Source of the DNA: Octopus sinensis | Taxonomy: Eukaryota | Direction of reading: 5' to 3' | Assembly: GCF_006345805.1 (NCBI RefSeq) | Contig: NC_043010.1 | Coordinates: 31,062,001-31,126,000, forward strand | DNA length: 64,000 nt | Part shown: positions 37,579-50,895 of the stretch, one piece after another | How positions within the stretch are numbered: the first letter of the stretch is position 1 | Layout: each line of letters starts with the position of its first letter | Program-made: the position numbers and the translations under genes | The notes under the pieces: generated by a model | Databases searched by the model: none | What the model was told of the DNA's origin: nothing | What the model saw: only the letters and a program-made list of their open reading frames with translations

Positions 37579-38682
37579 ATAGATGAACATCAATGGAATC
37601 TGTATCTTTGTGGTACCAGTGCCGGTGGCACACAAGAGAACCATCCGAACGTGGCCGTAGCCAGTTCCGCATCGACCGGCCTCCGTGCTGTGGGCACGTA
37701 ACAAACACCATCCGATCATGGCCGTTCGCCAGCCTCATCTGGCACCTGTGTCGGTGGCACATAAAAACACCTTCCGAAGACCCAGCAAGACTAGTCAGTC
37801 CACCTGTGCATACCTTCCTTCTTGTGACACTTGTGAAGACCGGTTGAGGCAAGTGAAAATCAAATCAAATCAAATCAAATCAAAATAGACAAAATAGATG
37901 AACATCAATGGAATTTGTATCTTGTGGTACCAGTGCCTGTGGCACACAAGAAATCCGTCAGTGCGGTGGGCACATGACAAACACCATCCGATCGTGGCCG
38001 TTCGCCAGCCTCATCTAGCACCTGTGTCGGTGGCACATAAAAACACCATCCGAAACCCGGCAAGACTAGTCAGGCCATAACCCATGGCTCCTACCAGGGA
38101 CGTAGTCAGTCCACCTGTGCATACCTTCCTTCTTGTGACACTTGTGAAGACCTGTTGAGGCAAGTGAAAATCAAAACAAATCAAAATAGATGAACATCAA
38201 TGGAATTTGTATCCTTGTGGTACCAGTGCCGGTGGCACGTGGCACACAAGAAAACCATCCGAACGTGGCCATAGCCAGTACCGCATCGACTGGCCTCCGT
38301 GCTGTGGGCACGTAACAAGCACCATCCGATCGTGGCCGTTTTGCCAGCCTCATCTGGCACCTGTGTCGGTGGCACATAAAAACACCATCCGAGCGTGGCC
38401 GTCTGCCAGCCTCGTCTGGCACCTGTGTCGGTGGCACATAAAAACACCATCCGAGCGTGGCCGTTTGCCAGCCTCGTCTGGCACCTGTGTCGGTGGCACA
38501 TAAAATCACCCACTACACTCTCAGAGTGGTTGGCGTTAGGAAGGGCATCCAGCTGTAGAAACACTGCCAGATCTGACTGGACTGGTGCAGCTTTCGGGCT
38601 CCCCAGATCCCAGTTGAACCGTCCAACCCATGCTAGCGTGGAAAGCGGACGTTAAATGATGATGATGATGATGATGATGATA
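37579..38682 (+). repeat. Head-to-tail trimer of a ~300-bp composite unit ending in 62-bp tandem units and a family B tail
   Basis: atagatgaacatcaatggaat at 37579, 37894 and 38186. The 62-bp units start at 38343, 38405 and 38467. (AATCA)n lies at the unit junctions. Confidence 0.9.
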
Positions 38683-39335
38683 GTTGTAGATTCACAAAAG
38701 GAAAATAAGATGACGATAGAATAGGCTGTAAGGTTTGGTTCTGTCTATATTTTGGAAAACATCAGTATTTTTAGGTGATTTAGCTAAACATTTCATAGAA
38801 CACCTTCATGTACCAATAAATATTTGTATGAACAAGACTCTAACATCAGCATAAAATCCGAACTACTCACCATAGATTTTCCACTTTATTCTATCGATAT
38901 GTAGAAATTGTATTTGTATACACATATGTGTGTTTGTGTACAAGTATGTATATATATGATCAAATAAAAGATTATCAAGTCGATTATTCAAAGTGTTTAA
39001 TTGTATGCAACTTCATGAATTTTACACACATAAAATAAAAGGAGTAAAAAGAAAATGTGCAAAGTGGGAAAAAAAATAATAGTTCTCAGTCCAAAGTGTG
39101 TCCATGTTCAAGGCAGTCAACACAAAGATTAATTATGTCTCATAAGTTCTCAATACCTAATGAACCCAATAAATGAATGAGGCAGATAGAAATACATGTA
39201 TTCCTTGTGTGAGTGTGTGTGCATGTATACATGCAATGTTTTCTCTAAATTTTGGTGTGTGTGTGTGTGTATATGTGCAGAAATAATTTGCTTGTGTTCA
39301 AATTTTGTTATTCTTTGCAAATTATATGTGCATCC

Positions 39336-39627
39336 TCAGGCCAACCAAAGCCTTGAGTCAATTTCGCTGATGAAAACTGAAAGAAGTTTATAGTATATAC
39401 ACACACTCATATATATATATGTGTGTGTGTATCTGTGTTTGTCCCTGCCATTACCACTTAACAACCGGTGTTGGTGTTTATGTCCCCATAACTTAGTGGT
39501 TTGGCAAAAGAATGCCATAGAATAAGGAACAGGCTTAAAAAATAAATCCTGGGGTCAATTTATTCAAGTAAAAATTCAAAGCAGTGTGCCAGAATGACTG
39601 AAGTCTAATGACTGAAACAAGTAAAAG
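39336..39627 (+). mobile_element. SINE-like family A, 5'-truncated
   Basis: Matches the family A body and ends atgactgaaacaagtaaaag. Confidence 0.75.
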
Positions 39628-39644
39628 GTTATATATATATATAT

Positions 39645-39990
39645 ACTTCTATTCTTTTACTTGTTTCCATCATTTGACTGTGGCCATGCTGGAGCACCAC
39701 CTTTAGTCAAACAAATCGACCCCAGGACTTATTCTTTGTAAGCCTGGTACTTATTCTATTGGTCTCTTTTGTCAAACCACTAAGTTATAGGGATGTAAAC
39801 ACACCAACATCGGTTGTCAAACAATGGTGTCGGGACAAATACAGACACACACACACAAATATATATGATGGGCTTCCTTCAGTTTCCATCTACCAAGGCT
39901 ACAGTAGAAGACACTTGTCCAAGGTGCCACACAGTGGGACTGAACCTGGGACCATGTGGTTGGGAAGCAAGCTTCTTACCACACAGTCAT
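39645..39990 (-). mobile_element. SINE-like family A, tail-to-tail with the previous copy
   Basis: Begins cttttacttgtttcc.tcatttgactgtggccatgctggagcacc and runs to the tRNA-like head. Confidence 0.8.
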
Positions 39991-40550
39991 ATGTATTACA
40001 GCTTGCCCAGAGGTGGAAAGACAACACCTTTGACTCTTTGCATGATCTTCAAGACAGAGGTGGCAGGAAGAAACTTTAATACATAGGTTTTTATTTAAAC
40101 TGAGGGTCCTAGAGTAAATGCTTGCAAAAGAGTGAACTCTGCTAAAGGCACCCAAAATTCAGGTGCTGGTTTAAATTGTATGAAATTAAATCTGCTGCCC
40201 ATGATTTTGTAGTTGATTATGAATGGAATGTAGTCATATGATTTGTGTTCAATTTGTCCTGGCTCAGCTCTGCTCCTCACACTGAAGACTTAATCTCCAC
40301 ATCTTCATATCTATGTGCTGGACAAATGTAGTATCATCTATAATGTTGCTCCACCTACACAATGTAGCAGTAAAATTTTCCACAAATATCTCCTTACCGT
40401 ATTTGAAACAACCACATGCTGAAAGACCTAGTGTTAGGACAGCATGTTCACAGCAGAGAGCAGACAAGGATACTCAACAAGAACTATAACAACAATAATA
40501 AACATATGTGTAAGTGTGCAAACATGCATGTGTGTGGTATAGGTAATGGA

Positions 40551-41450
40551 TTACACAAACTCATTTTCCATGTTAGGTTTCCAGAGGCCAGATAAGTCAT
40601 CACCAAGGTGTATTCTCATGTGTCTTTTTAAGTTACTATTCTGTGAGAAGTTCTTCTTGCATATCTCACACTGGAATGGCTTCAAACCAACATGCGACCG
40701 CAGATGTCTCTGAAAGTTGAAGTTCTGAGAAAAAGATCTACCACATAACTTACACTCAAATGGCTTTTCACCAGTGTGTACTTGAAGGTGTTTTTTTAAT
40801 GAAGAGTTTTCAATGAAATCCCGCCCGCAGATCTCGCAGTGATATGGTCTTATTCCAGTATGAATGCGACTATGTTTTTGAAGATATTTACTGCATGTAA
40901 ATGCTTTCCCACAGATTTCACAGTAGAAGGACCGTTGGTTTATATGAATCTTTAGATGTTGTTGCAAATGTTCATGCCGTAAATATTTATTATCGCAAAT
41001 ATGACACCAAAACATCTTCTTGCCAATATGTGATTTCATGTGTCTTTGAAAGTTGAAGTTTTGAGAGAAATCTTTCCCACACATCTCACAGTGAAAAGGT
41101 TTTTCTCCCGTGTGTGTCTGTAAGTGCTTCTTCAAGTCAGAACTTTGAGTGAACTTCTTCCAACAAACCTCACAAGTGAATGGCTTCTCTCCAGTGTGAG
41201 ATCGCAGATGTCTCTGTAAATTGCAATTCTGCGAGAAGTCTTTCCCACATAACTGGCAGTTAAAAGGTTTCTCACCGCTGTGCAACTTGAGATGCCTTTG
41301 AAAGTTGAAGTTCTGAGCAAAAGACTTTCCACATACTTTACAGTGGTAAGATTTTTCACCCGTGTGTAATCTCAAATGTCGTTTTAAGTTACAGTTTTGA
41401 GAGAAATCCTTCCCACACAACTGGCACTGGAATATCTTCATTGACATCAT
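40551..41450 (-). CDS. C2H2 zinc-finger protein, 299 aa, 10 fingers (ZNF-C)
   Basis: Intact ORF with 10 canonical fingers and TGEKPF linkers. An in-frame TAA lies two codons before the first Met, so the CDS is probably single-exon. Confidence 0.95.
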   Translation of the reverse strand: MMSMKIFQCQLCGKDFSQNCNLKRHLRLHTGEKSYHCKVCGKSFAQNFNFQRHLKLHSGEKPFNCQLCGKDFSQNCNLQRHLRSHTGEKPFTCEVCWKKFTQSSDLKKHLQTHTGEKPFHCEMCGKDFSQNFNFQRHMKSHIGKKMFWCHICDNKYLRHEHLQQHLKIHINQRSFYCEICGKAFTCSKYLQKHSRIHTGIRPYHCEICGRDFIENSSLKKHLQVHTGEKPFECKLCGRSFSQNFNFQRHLRSHVGLKPFQCEICKKNFSQNSNLKRHMRIHLGDDLSGLWKPNMENEFV

Positions 41451-42460
41451 ATTTTACCGAAATAAAGGAGCATTTGAAAATGTACACGTGTGCATATATC
41501 TGTACACAATAGTTTAGATGTTTAGGTATGAGTGCACAAATGCAAATATATATATGAAAATATATGTATGCGAGTGTGAGCACTTGCCTGTATAAAAATA
41601 TATATTATATAGTTTCTATTTACATAAATATCTATTCACGGACATATAATATATTGCATAGGTATATTTTCATGCACACACATTTATATATACATCTGAA
41701 TTTTCAGTAGGCAGCAAAATGATAATACTGTAACATATTAAACAAGGAATGATCCCATTCAATTTGTCTTTTTCACAAAGTCTTTCCTTTTTACTTCAGT
41801 TTATAGACTGACTTTCTCAGTATACATATGTGCATCTGTGATGATTGATTCACTCTGGGTCACATCAATGACTTTTTTCTCAGTCTTCAAATACTGGAAA
41901 AGAAAAATTAAAGCATGATTACAAAAGAAAATATAAGTGTGTATACATCATCATCATCATCATCTAACATCCATTGTGGAGTACCTGATTCATGGGATTT
42001 ATTACTCTACTCTTGAATTACACAACCTTTTAATTCATTCAGAGTACATCATTTCTGCACATTTGATTATACACACACACACACACATACATGGCTGTAT
42101 GGTTTAGAAGTGTTTCCGAACCATATGGTTTCGAGTTCAGTCCCAGTGCATGCTTTCTGCTATAACTTGGGCCAACCAAAGCCTTATAAATGGATTGGTT
42201 GATGAAAACTGAAATAGGCCTATTTTGTGTGCGTGTGTGTGTGTGTGTGCCTCTTTGTCTTGGCATCACATAACTGTTGCAAATGAATATCATACATTCC
42301 TAATATTCTAAGTAAACATGCCTAGCCATGGAGAAATATTACCCTGCTTGAAAACAGGTAAGGATTGGTAATAGGAAGAGCATCTAGCCATAGGAAATCA
42401 ATTTCAATAAACTGCATCTAATCTATACAAGCATGGAAATGTGGACATTAAAGACCACCT

Positions 42461-42544
42461 TTTAAAGATGTTTTTGTTAAAAATTGTTATTGCTTTTGTA
42501 GAATAAAATTTGTTGAAAAAAAGCTGCAATAATTATGTGCCAAC

Positions 42545-42548
<4 letters not shown>
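42461..42548. mobile_element. Solo terminal fragment of the same mariner family, running into (TA)n(GA)n(GACA)n
   Basis: Matches 23404-23490 (gctgcaataattatgtgccaacccaa|ta). Confidence 0.8.
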
Positions 42549-42619
<71 letters not shown>

Positions 42620-42669
42620 CAAAGGGAGATAGACAGACAGACAGACAGCTGGACAGATATAGATAAATG

Positions 42670-42865
42670 TGCACTTTTGGAAGAGTTCCATGCTCTGTAG
42701 TCTGGTGGCTCTAAGAAAAGTAAGTATGTTTGAAAAGCTTTTGAGAGATTTTTAAGCCAAATGCTTTGATGCTATCAGCAAGATGAGAATAGGCAATGAG
42801 TGCAGTAATAAATTCAGTGTGCAAGTAGTTGTCCACCAGGGCTCAATTTTCAGTCCCTTGTCTGA
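42670..42865 (+). mobile_element. RTE RT fragment
   Basis: FGRVPCSVVWW and MRIGNECSNKFSVQVVVHQGSIFSPL. Confidence 0.7.
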
Positions 42866-44059
42866 AGGGAAAGATACATTGAATAATATAGTCATAGATA
42901 CATTAAACCTGAACCAAAAAAAGAAAAAAGAAACAAAAATTACTCAAGGTGGCCACAGCTTGAATATCTTTTTTTAATGGCTTAGTTGAAGAGGAAAGAT
43001 AACATTTATGGCCCTTTATAGGGCTTACAAGACTGGTAGGAAGAAGGAAGTTATCCTCCAAATAGATGTGAGATATTTTGGCACTGTTTATTTGGTATCA
43101 CTGACTCAATGCTGACTTACTTGACATCAGACATTTTGATGTTTTTCTTCTCCTTTCCACTCCCCCCTCTTTGTCTGTCTGTCAGTCTCTCTTTGTCTAT
43201 GTGTGTAAGCATATTTCTTTTTATGCATATGAGGAAATGGAAAGTGTTCACTTAATTGTAATGTCTCTCTCTATCTCTCACTCTTTCTGTCTGCATGTGT
43301 ATATTTCTGTGCATGCATGTGTGTGTGTCTGCCTCTATCCTCAAAAAGTACTATTGCCAAAACAGGTTGAATGTCCAATCAGTGCTGTACCAAATTGTCT
43401 GCATTCAAACATCTGTGCCAAAATATCTCATTCCATTCCACACTGGAGACTTGGCATAAGCAGAGGCAGCCAAGGGTCAGTAATAAAGGATTAAGTCTAT
43501 GAACTAAGAACAAGAATAGTTCCTCTGATGGACTTCTGCACAGCTCTTATATTATGCCAAATTTCATTCACAGGATTTGGCTGAACTGAAGTTTATAGTT
43601 GAAAACACTTGCCCAAATTGCTGCTGCACAAAAGGACTGAATCTAAAACAAAGTTACAAAGCAAACTTCGTAATCACAAAGTTATATTTGTGCTTTGATC
43701 ATTGTTTCAATGTTCATCCATCTGTCTACTTGTTCATACAGACAGATGGAGTAATGTTTTATAACCAGCATATCTGACATTTTCCAAATGTTGCTAAGAT
43801 ACAGTCATACTCTATGAAGCTGATAATCGGATTATCAACTTAGTATAATCCATCTTAGAGAAAATTCAAATTTAAAAGAAAAAGAAATGTTAACAATTTT
43901 TAACATATAAATGTAGGCATAGCCATGTAGTTAAAAAGATCACTTCACTATTATATAGTGCTAGGTTCAATCCTAATGTGAAATACCCAGAGCAAATGTG
44001 CTCTACCAATGCAAATGCAGTTTGGTAGACAAAATCTGTTGCAGGTATGGCTAGGCACA

Positions 44060-44171
44060 AGCAGGTTCAGTCCCATTGTGTGGCACCTTGGGCAAGTATC
44101 TTCTACTATTGCCTTGTTAGTGGATTTGGAAGACAGAAAGTGAAAGAAGCCTGTTATATATATATATAAAA

Positions 44172-44205
<34 letters not shown>

Positions 44206-44430
44206 CTGTGTGTGCATGTATATGCATGTGTGAGTGTGTATGTCTTTGTGTTTGTCCCTATCACTGCTTGACAATCAGTGTTGGTTTCTTTACATCCCCA
44301 TAACTGAGCAGTTCAGTAAAAGAAATCAATAGAATAAGTGCCAAGCTTTAAAAATAAAAATAAGAACTGGTGTCAAGGCAGTGCCTCAGCATGACTACTG
44401 TCCAATGACTAAAACAAGTAAAAGATTAAA
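44060..44430 (+). mobile_element. Diverged SINE-like family A copy
   Basis: ggttcagtcccattgtgtggcaccttgggcaagt ... aatgactaaaacaagtaaaag. Confidence 0.7.
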
Positions 44431-45194
44431 AGATATACACATACACACCCTATTTGATAATGAATAAGTCACACTTCTTCCCCACAAAATTTACTCTTGG
44501 ACTTATATACAAAGTTGGGCCACCTATAAGCTAAGTTTGTCCCTGATACATACTTTCTCCTGAATATGGGCTGCTGAATTTGGGGTGTATCTACTACACC
44601 CAACAAATACAGTATTAAAAAAAATGTAGTAGTGCCCAAATGAATTTGAACTTAAACTCTTAATTCTTCATCCAGAACTAGGTCCATGGTGTCAAATGTG
44701 GCTATAAGAGAAATCTATGGTGAGCTGATGCAGATAAACAGTTAGGCTCAACACACACACACACACACACAAGAAAGAAAGAAAGACAGAAAGAAAGAAA
44801 GAAAGGAAAAAGAGATGGATGGATACTTTGCATCTGCAACACCTTGATGGAATCATATGGGTGCAGTCATGACATATGGCTTATCTAGAGCATTTTTTAG
44901 ACCTAGCAGATCCCATCCTCTTAAGGTCTGAATATGGTTGATTCCTTCCAGAGAAAGACAGATAAGTATGAAAGATTGAGAAAAATTGACCCTACTACAT
45001 GATCAGGTTTTTTATTTAGCACCTCCCAAGATGATGTGCTAAACAAAGCAGACCTCAGCAGGAATTGAACTCTGAGCATGAAGGGCTGAAATGATTATTG
45101 CAAAGAAATCTATCTGATGTTCCAATGACTCTGCCACTTGGCCACCTCTGTATATATTTATCTTACACACACACATATATATGAACGTGTACAT

Positions 45195-45228
<34 letters not shown>

Positions 45229-45315
45229 CGTATATATATACATACAAACACACACACAAATTAGCAGCTTTCTACATTTTTTCTCCTTTCCTCAGTTTTT
45301 TAAAACTAAATTCTC

Positions 45316-45650
<335 letters not shown>

Positions 45651-46688
45651 TATGTATGTATATATAAGAATTTAGAAAGAAAACGAAGGAGAAAAAAATG
45701 TAGGGAGCTGCTAATTTGTTCTCTAATTTATCATTTGCTGACATCTGCTTGGTGAGATTTCGATTAATTTCTGTAAGAAGACTTTTGGGAGACAACGAGA
45801 CAAATGGGATTTGACATTATAAACTTCAGCATTGCAAACTTTAGCAACGTACACGAAATGCAGTTGTCACCAGGAATCGAAACAACATGGAACTGCTCTG
45901 TTATCTGCTTTCGACATTTCAATTATGTTACTAACGTTGTAATGTAGTTATGAAGATGCCATTTTCTCGTAAAAATTAATGCCAATCTATTGTTTGAAAA
46001 AAATTTTTTTTTAATTAAATCGATATGATTGCAAGAATTAAAGTTTTTGATTCTCAGAACGGTTGATTTAACCATGATTAGTTTCAATTTTAGTTTGCAC
46101 GCATTTTAGTTTGCAACGATTGATTGAAACGAACCATACAACCGTGGAGATTTTACACAATAAATTAAGTTTCCGGTGGGAGGACTGGTGCTGGTACAAC
46201 CCAGCTTCAATAGTTTCTTCCATTTTTGTCCATATGTCACGATTTTCTCTCGTCATCAAACGTATAAATCGAAAAACATTTACATTTGGTATTGATAAAG
46301 GCACAGTACACATCGCACATAAATACATAAAAAAATAAATAAATAATAATCTACTTTGAGCTATAACAAGCGTGCACTGCTCCTATACGCTCACATCTTT
46401 ATTGCACATACAAGAACAATACAGAAATATACATACATATATGTATGTATGTACATACATACACAGAAAAACATATATATATGAATGCATGCATACATAT
46501 ATACACGGGTATGTGTGAGTGTGTGTGTATACGCTCACGCGCTTACACGCGTTCAGATAATGTAGAGAAAAGGAAACATACACAAAAAGGAAATTATAAC
46601 TATATGTGTGCATGCATGCGTGAGGGACAAAGTGTGTGTAAAATATACTACATATAATATATATACCTATATATATATAGGTATATAT

Positions 46689-46743
<55 letters not shown>

Positions 46744-48199
46744 AACACTGGCTGCATCCAGTGTTGTTAACAATGATAATGATGATAATGATATAATAAA
46801 TGTTTTACATAGGCACAAGGCCATGGATTTAAAGATGTGAGGGAATGAGATTGTATGATGTTCATGCATTTTATCCTGATAACAATGAAAGCAATAACGG
46901 CAAAGACGAAATATAGTTGAAGATGAACTTACACGCTGCAAACATCATCTGATAATGGATTTTTTCTTTTTCCTTACACAACTGAAAGAATACTTCCGTA
47001 GTATTCCCCCTATATAATACGGATGACCAAAAGTGCCACATGTTTTATAACTTGTCAACATCAAAAATGCTCCGTGTTGTGCATTTTATTTATTTTTGCT
47101 TTTATTCATTTTTGCAGGGTAATCTTGATATTAGAGAATAATAATGATAATATTAGTGATGATCTTTATGGTGTTAAACGAAATTGTGATGCTGATGGTG
47201 GTCGTGATGATGGTGCTGATGTATGCTATAGAGTGATGTTGAAGATAATAATAGTGATGGAGAATATGGGAGTTTTGGCGATTATAAGCATTTATTAGTG
47301 AGAATGAAATTGTTTGACTGTAGGCCTGTCCACATTGAGCAGACTTGCGATAAAAGACGCTCAATCCGTGACAATTCTGTCGTTTTCGAGTATTTGTATA
47401 TTTAAGACAATATTATCCAATGCGACTATGCTTTTCTTTTAAAATATAGCATAAAATCATTTACAGGAAATTTGGCTAATGTTCCAAATGATCTTGTTGA
47501 CGATATTAGACATGTTATGCTTGTAAATGTAATCATGTTGATAGTGATGATGGTTGTGGGGTTAATTATATCAATAAGTGATGCGGGGGATTGTGATGGT
47601 TACAGTGCTTGTAAGTCAAACCATTCCCTGGATATCCAGTGATCAAGTCTATAATAAACATTTAAGCTACATACATATATATTGAAATCATGTGCAACAT
47701 TGACATGAATGTGAAGTTGATGAACGGAAATGAAGTCGCGGTTTCAATTGTTCATGCAATGTTTGTGGTTTACGATAAACATCTGACAGGCGAAGGAACA
47801 GAATTTTATTTATTATTTATTTATTATTATCAATTATGTTGTTGTTGTTTTTTTTTATATAATAGAGTTTATCACAGATATTTCTTGCTACAAATCTCCA
47901 TATTTTCATATTTGCCAGATCATGTCGTCAAGTCTCACAGCCGATTGCTGAATAGCTGCTGACGTGCCGCTTCATTTCTTTCCACCTTTGTTTTTGTCAT
48001 TTTTTAAGGGACCTTATTTGGTTAAGTCATAGGCACAAAAAAAAAAAAGAAAGAAACACGAGTTTTAACAAATGTATTAGTTTAACGACCATGACTTCAG
48101 TATATTCTGCCCCACTAGATCAGAGAGGGGAAGACCACCCACCATCACCTCAGCAGTGAAGAAAAGCACCGTAGAACGCTGGAGTGGCTGGACAGTACC

Positions 48200-50289
48200 C
48201 ACCCAAGACCCTGAGAACAACAATCGGATGAAAGAAATGATTGCTGAGAAAGGACACTGATAATGGGGATGTGTTAGGGAACTCTTGGTCCATAACTCTG
48301 CTAAAAACAGAGTTTAAGATTTTGGCCAAGGTGTTAGTGAAAATGTTGGTACTTGTTGTTGGAAGTCTGGTCAGGAAGGCACAAACGTACACAATCCAAA
48401 GCAGGTCTATCCACGACAACCTTCACCTTATGTGATACACTGTAAAGAGGGCTGGGACTAAAGCTAGCTTCAGTGGGGCCCTGATCAATTTAGATCAGTC
48501 AAAAGCTTCTGATATGGTAGACCATCACTACTTGGAAGCCGTCCTTAAAGCGGCCAGTTTTGGACCCGTTTTCAGAAGCTGAATTGCTGCAATGCACAGC
48601 GACATCTGCTCAGTAGTCGAAGTAAATGGTTACCTATCGTAACAGTTTATTATTGCACATACAGTCTGTCAGGGCTGCCCGCTATCACCTCTTCAGTATG
48701 TGCTGTCTCTCTTGAGCCACTACTGTGGAAGTTGGAACAGTTAAGAGGCCTCCCTTTCGAAATTGAACTCAGGAGGGCAGTGTCTGAATACGCGGATGAC
48801 ATCACCAGCATGGTATCAGACACCTCCAAAGTGGGGATGGATGGCTCCAAGGAATATGAGTTGGTTGCAAGGGATAAAATCAATGCCAACAAGTCAGTGG
48901 GATTGAGACTGGGCACCTGGAGAGACTGTTCAGGGTCTCGTTTCGTCCTGACCTCCAGGTGGATAAGAATTGGGAAGAGGTGACAAACAGGGTGACCTCT
49001 CTTACCCAGAAATGGGCAGAGGTGGAAAATGCCGACATCACCTCTGTCATTATCACCTAATCATTGTGCCTTGCCCCAGTTATGGTTTGATTAAATTGGA
49101 GCATATCTGGTTTATTTTCTTGTGGAAGGGACACATTGTAATGGTCAGGCAGTCAGTCTGCTGCCAACTTCCTTTGTGTGGTGCCTTAGGCATGCCATGG
49201 CTTTGAGAGACATGCCTTTTGAGAGACATTTGAGAGACATGCCGTTTGAGAGACATGCCTTTCTACACCTCATCTCCTTGATGGAGCTGCAGTCCTGGGT
49301 AAAGGATAAGCCGAGACTGGGTGCCTGACAATTATAATATTGTCAGGCACTCACTGTGCTCTACAAGTCAGGCAATAGGATTGGTGGATGTTCCACTTTA
49401 GATATTTACAGAGGGTTAGTAGAAAGGAAGTGCAACCCTAGGCATCGATGAAGACGGACTGGCAAGTCTATCTCAAAGGAATTTCCAATCAGAGACTGTT
49501 ATGGATAATTTCCAGATGTCTTTGGTCTGACAGTGTTACTGGGAAAGGGGGCGCTGCCAGTTTGAGATAAATTCTACAGGCACAGATAGGCTGTCAGACA
49601 GGCTTGCCCAAGGTGCTTGCAGACTGACGAAACCATTCTGCATGGACTCGTTCAGTGTCTGGGCATTGCTGACTTGTGGAGTTATATCAAACAGCTGCTG
49701 TTGCGGGTAGGAAAGATCTGTCTATCAGCTGAGTCCATAATGAAGATTGCCGTGCTGCAAGGCAGTTTTCCTTTGTCTGGTGGCTGTGACAAAAGAGTTT
49801 ATCTGGTGGATGAGGCTGAAAGGAACGAGGATGGAAACATTCCTCTTTGGTAAAGCCCTCATCGACTTTTTCAAGTTTCACTTGAAAAGTAAAAAGTGAG
49901 GGTGGAGAGGGAGGTACTGTCCTCGAGTGAATTTATGAAAAAGTGGGTGAAAGTTGCGAAAATGGCAAGAGTGGACGATACCACTCTCAGTGTAGACTTA
50001 TGAGTTGGAAGAAAGAAGTTGGCGAGGGCTCTCATCCTTGGTATTCAGGGTGATCTTGGATGGTGGGGTTCTTTGATTATCCCTAGAAGTCCTCTTATAT
50101 CAAGGGGTCCCATCACTATCACATTTTTCCCAATTCTTTTTCTAGTGTAAAATATATATACTTCTTCTTCTAATGTATACTGTGTATACTTTTCATTTTA
50201 TCATTCTATTATATGTAAACGCCCACACTTTATGCCTGTCCTTGTATTGTCCCCTGCATCCTTCGCCTTGGTGGCAAATAAAAGAAATC
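48200..50289 (+). mobile_element. Decayed Tx1/L1-clade LINE, 5'-truncated, RT to 3' UTR
   Basis: SITLLKTEFKILAKVL; SRSIHDNLHL; LINLDQSKA; QGCPLSPL; YADDIT; ETILHGLVQC. Many stops and frameshifts. Confidence 0.85.
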
Positions 50290-50291
50290 AT

Positions 50292-50642
50292 TATTACCTC
50301 CACCTTAGCGAAGGCGAAGGTATTGTTTTCAGTTGTGTTTGTTTGTTTGTCCGTGGACAAGATATCTCAAGAACAGCTGGATGGATTCAAATGAAACTTT
50401 CAAGGATGTTGGGCCTCGTGACTGGCAGGAACTCATTAGATTTTGGGATTGATCTGGTGTCTGGACAAGGATTCTGGATTATTTTTGTTTTTTTTTACTT
50501 AATTTTTGAGAGCAGTTGGGTTCATTTTTAGTATTCTTGTTTGTGAGAGCAGTCGAGTTATTTCAGATATTCTCATTTTAAAAATCATCTCTGGCTAATC
50601 GTTGGTGTTGCCTTGGCAGAGGTTTGTGCTTTCTGAGTGCTT
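50292..50642. mobile_element. Non-autonomous element resembling Helentron-associated (HINE/DINE-like) repeats
   Basis: attacctccacc..gaaggtattgttttc start, a gtttgtttgt/gtcc microsatellite, and a ggcagaggt sub-terminal inverse near the 3' end. Confidence 0.5.
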
Positions 50643-50676
50643 TTATTATTATTATCATTATTATTATTACTATTAA

Positions 50677-50895
50677 GGCTGTGAGTTAGCAGAATCGTTA
50701 GCACACAAAGCAAAATGCTTAATGGCATTTCATCTGTATTTACATTCCCAGTTCAAATTCCACTGAGATTGACTTTGCCTTTCATCTTTTCAGGGTCAAT
50801 AAAATAAGTACCAGTTGAGTACTGGGGAGGGCAGGCAGGGGGGGGCGATGCAATCGACTATCCTCCTCCTCCAAATTTCAGGCTTTATGCCTATA
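50677..50895 (+). mobile_element. tRNA-headed SINE-like family C
   Basis: gcagaatcgttagcac..gttcaaattcc..gactttgcctttcatc..aagtaccag. Inverted copies near 45000-45145 and 61975-62135. Confidence 0.7.

Noticed and set aside
38343-38520. 62-bp repeats with hairpins resembling a CRISPR array
   Set aside because: The units are directly adjacent with no unique spacers, the context is eukaryotic, and there are no cas genes.
41760-41893. Upstream coding exon for ZNF-C (YLKTEKKVIDVTQSES...)
   Set aside because: It has a good acceptor at 41894-41895, but an in-frame TAA just before the ZNF-C Met and no acceptor after it prevent a coding fusion. It may be a UTR exon.
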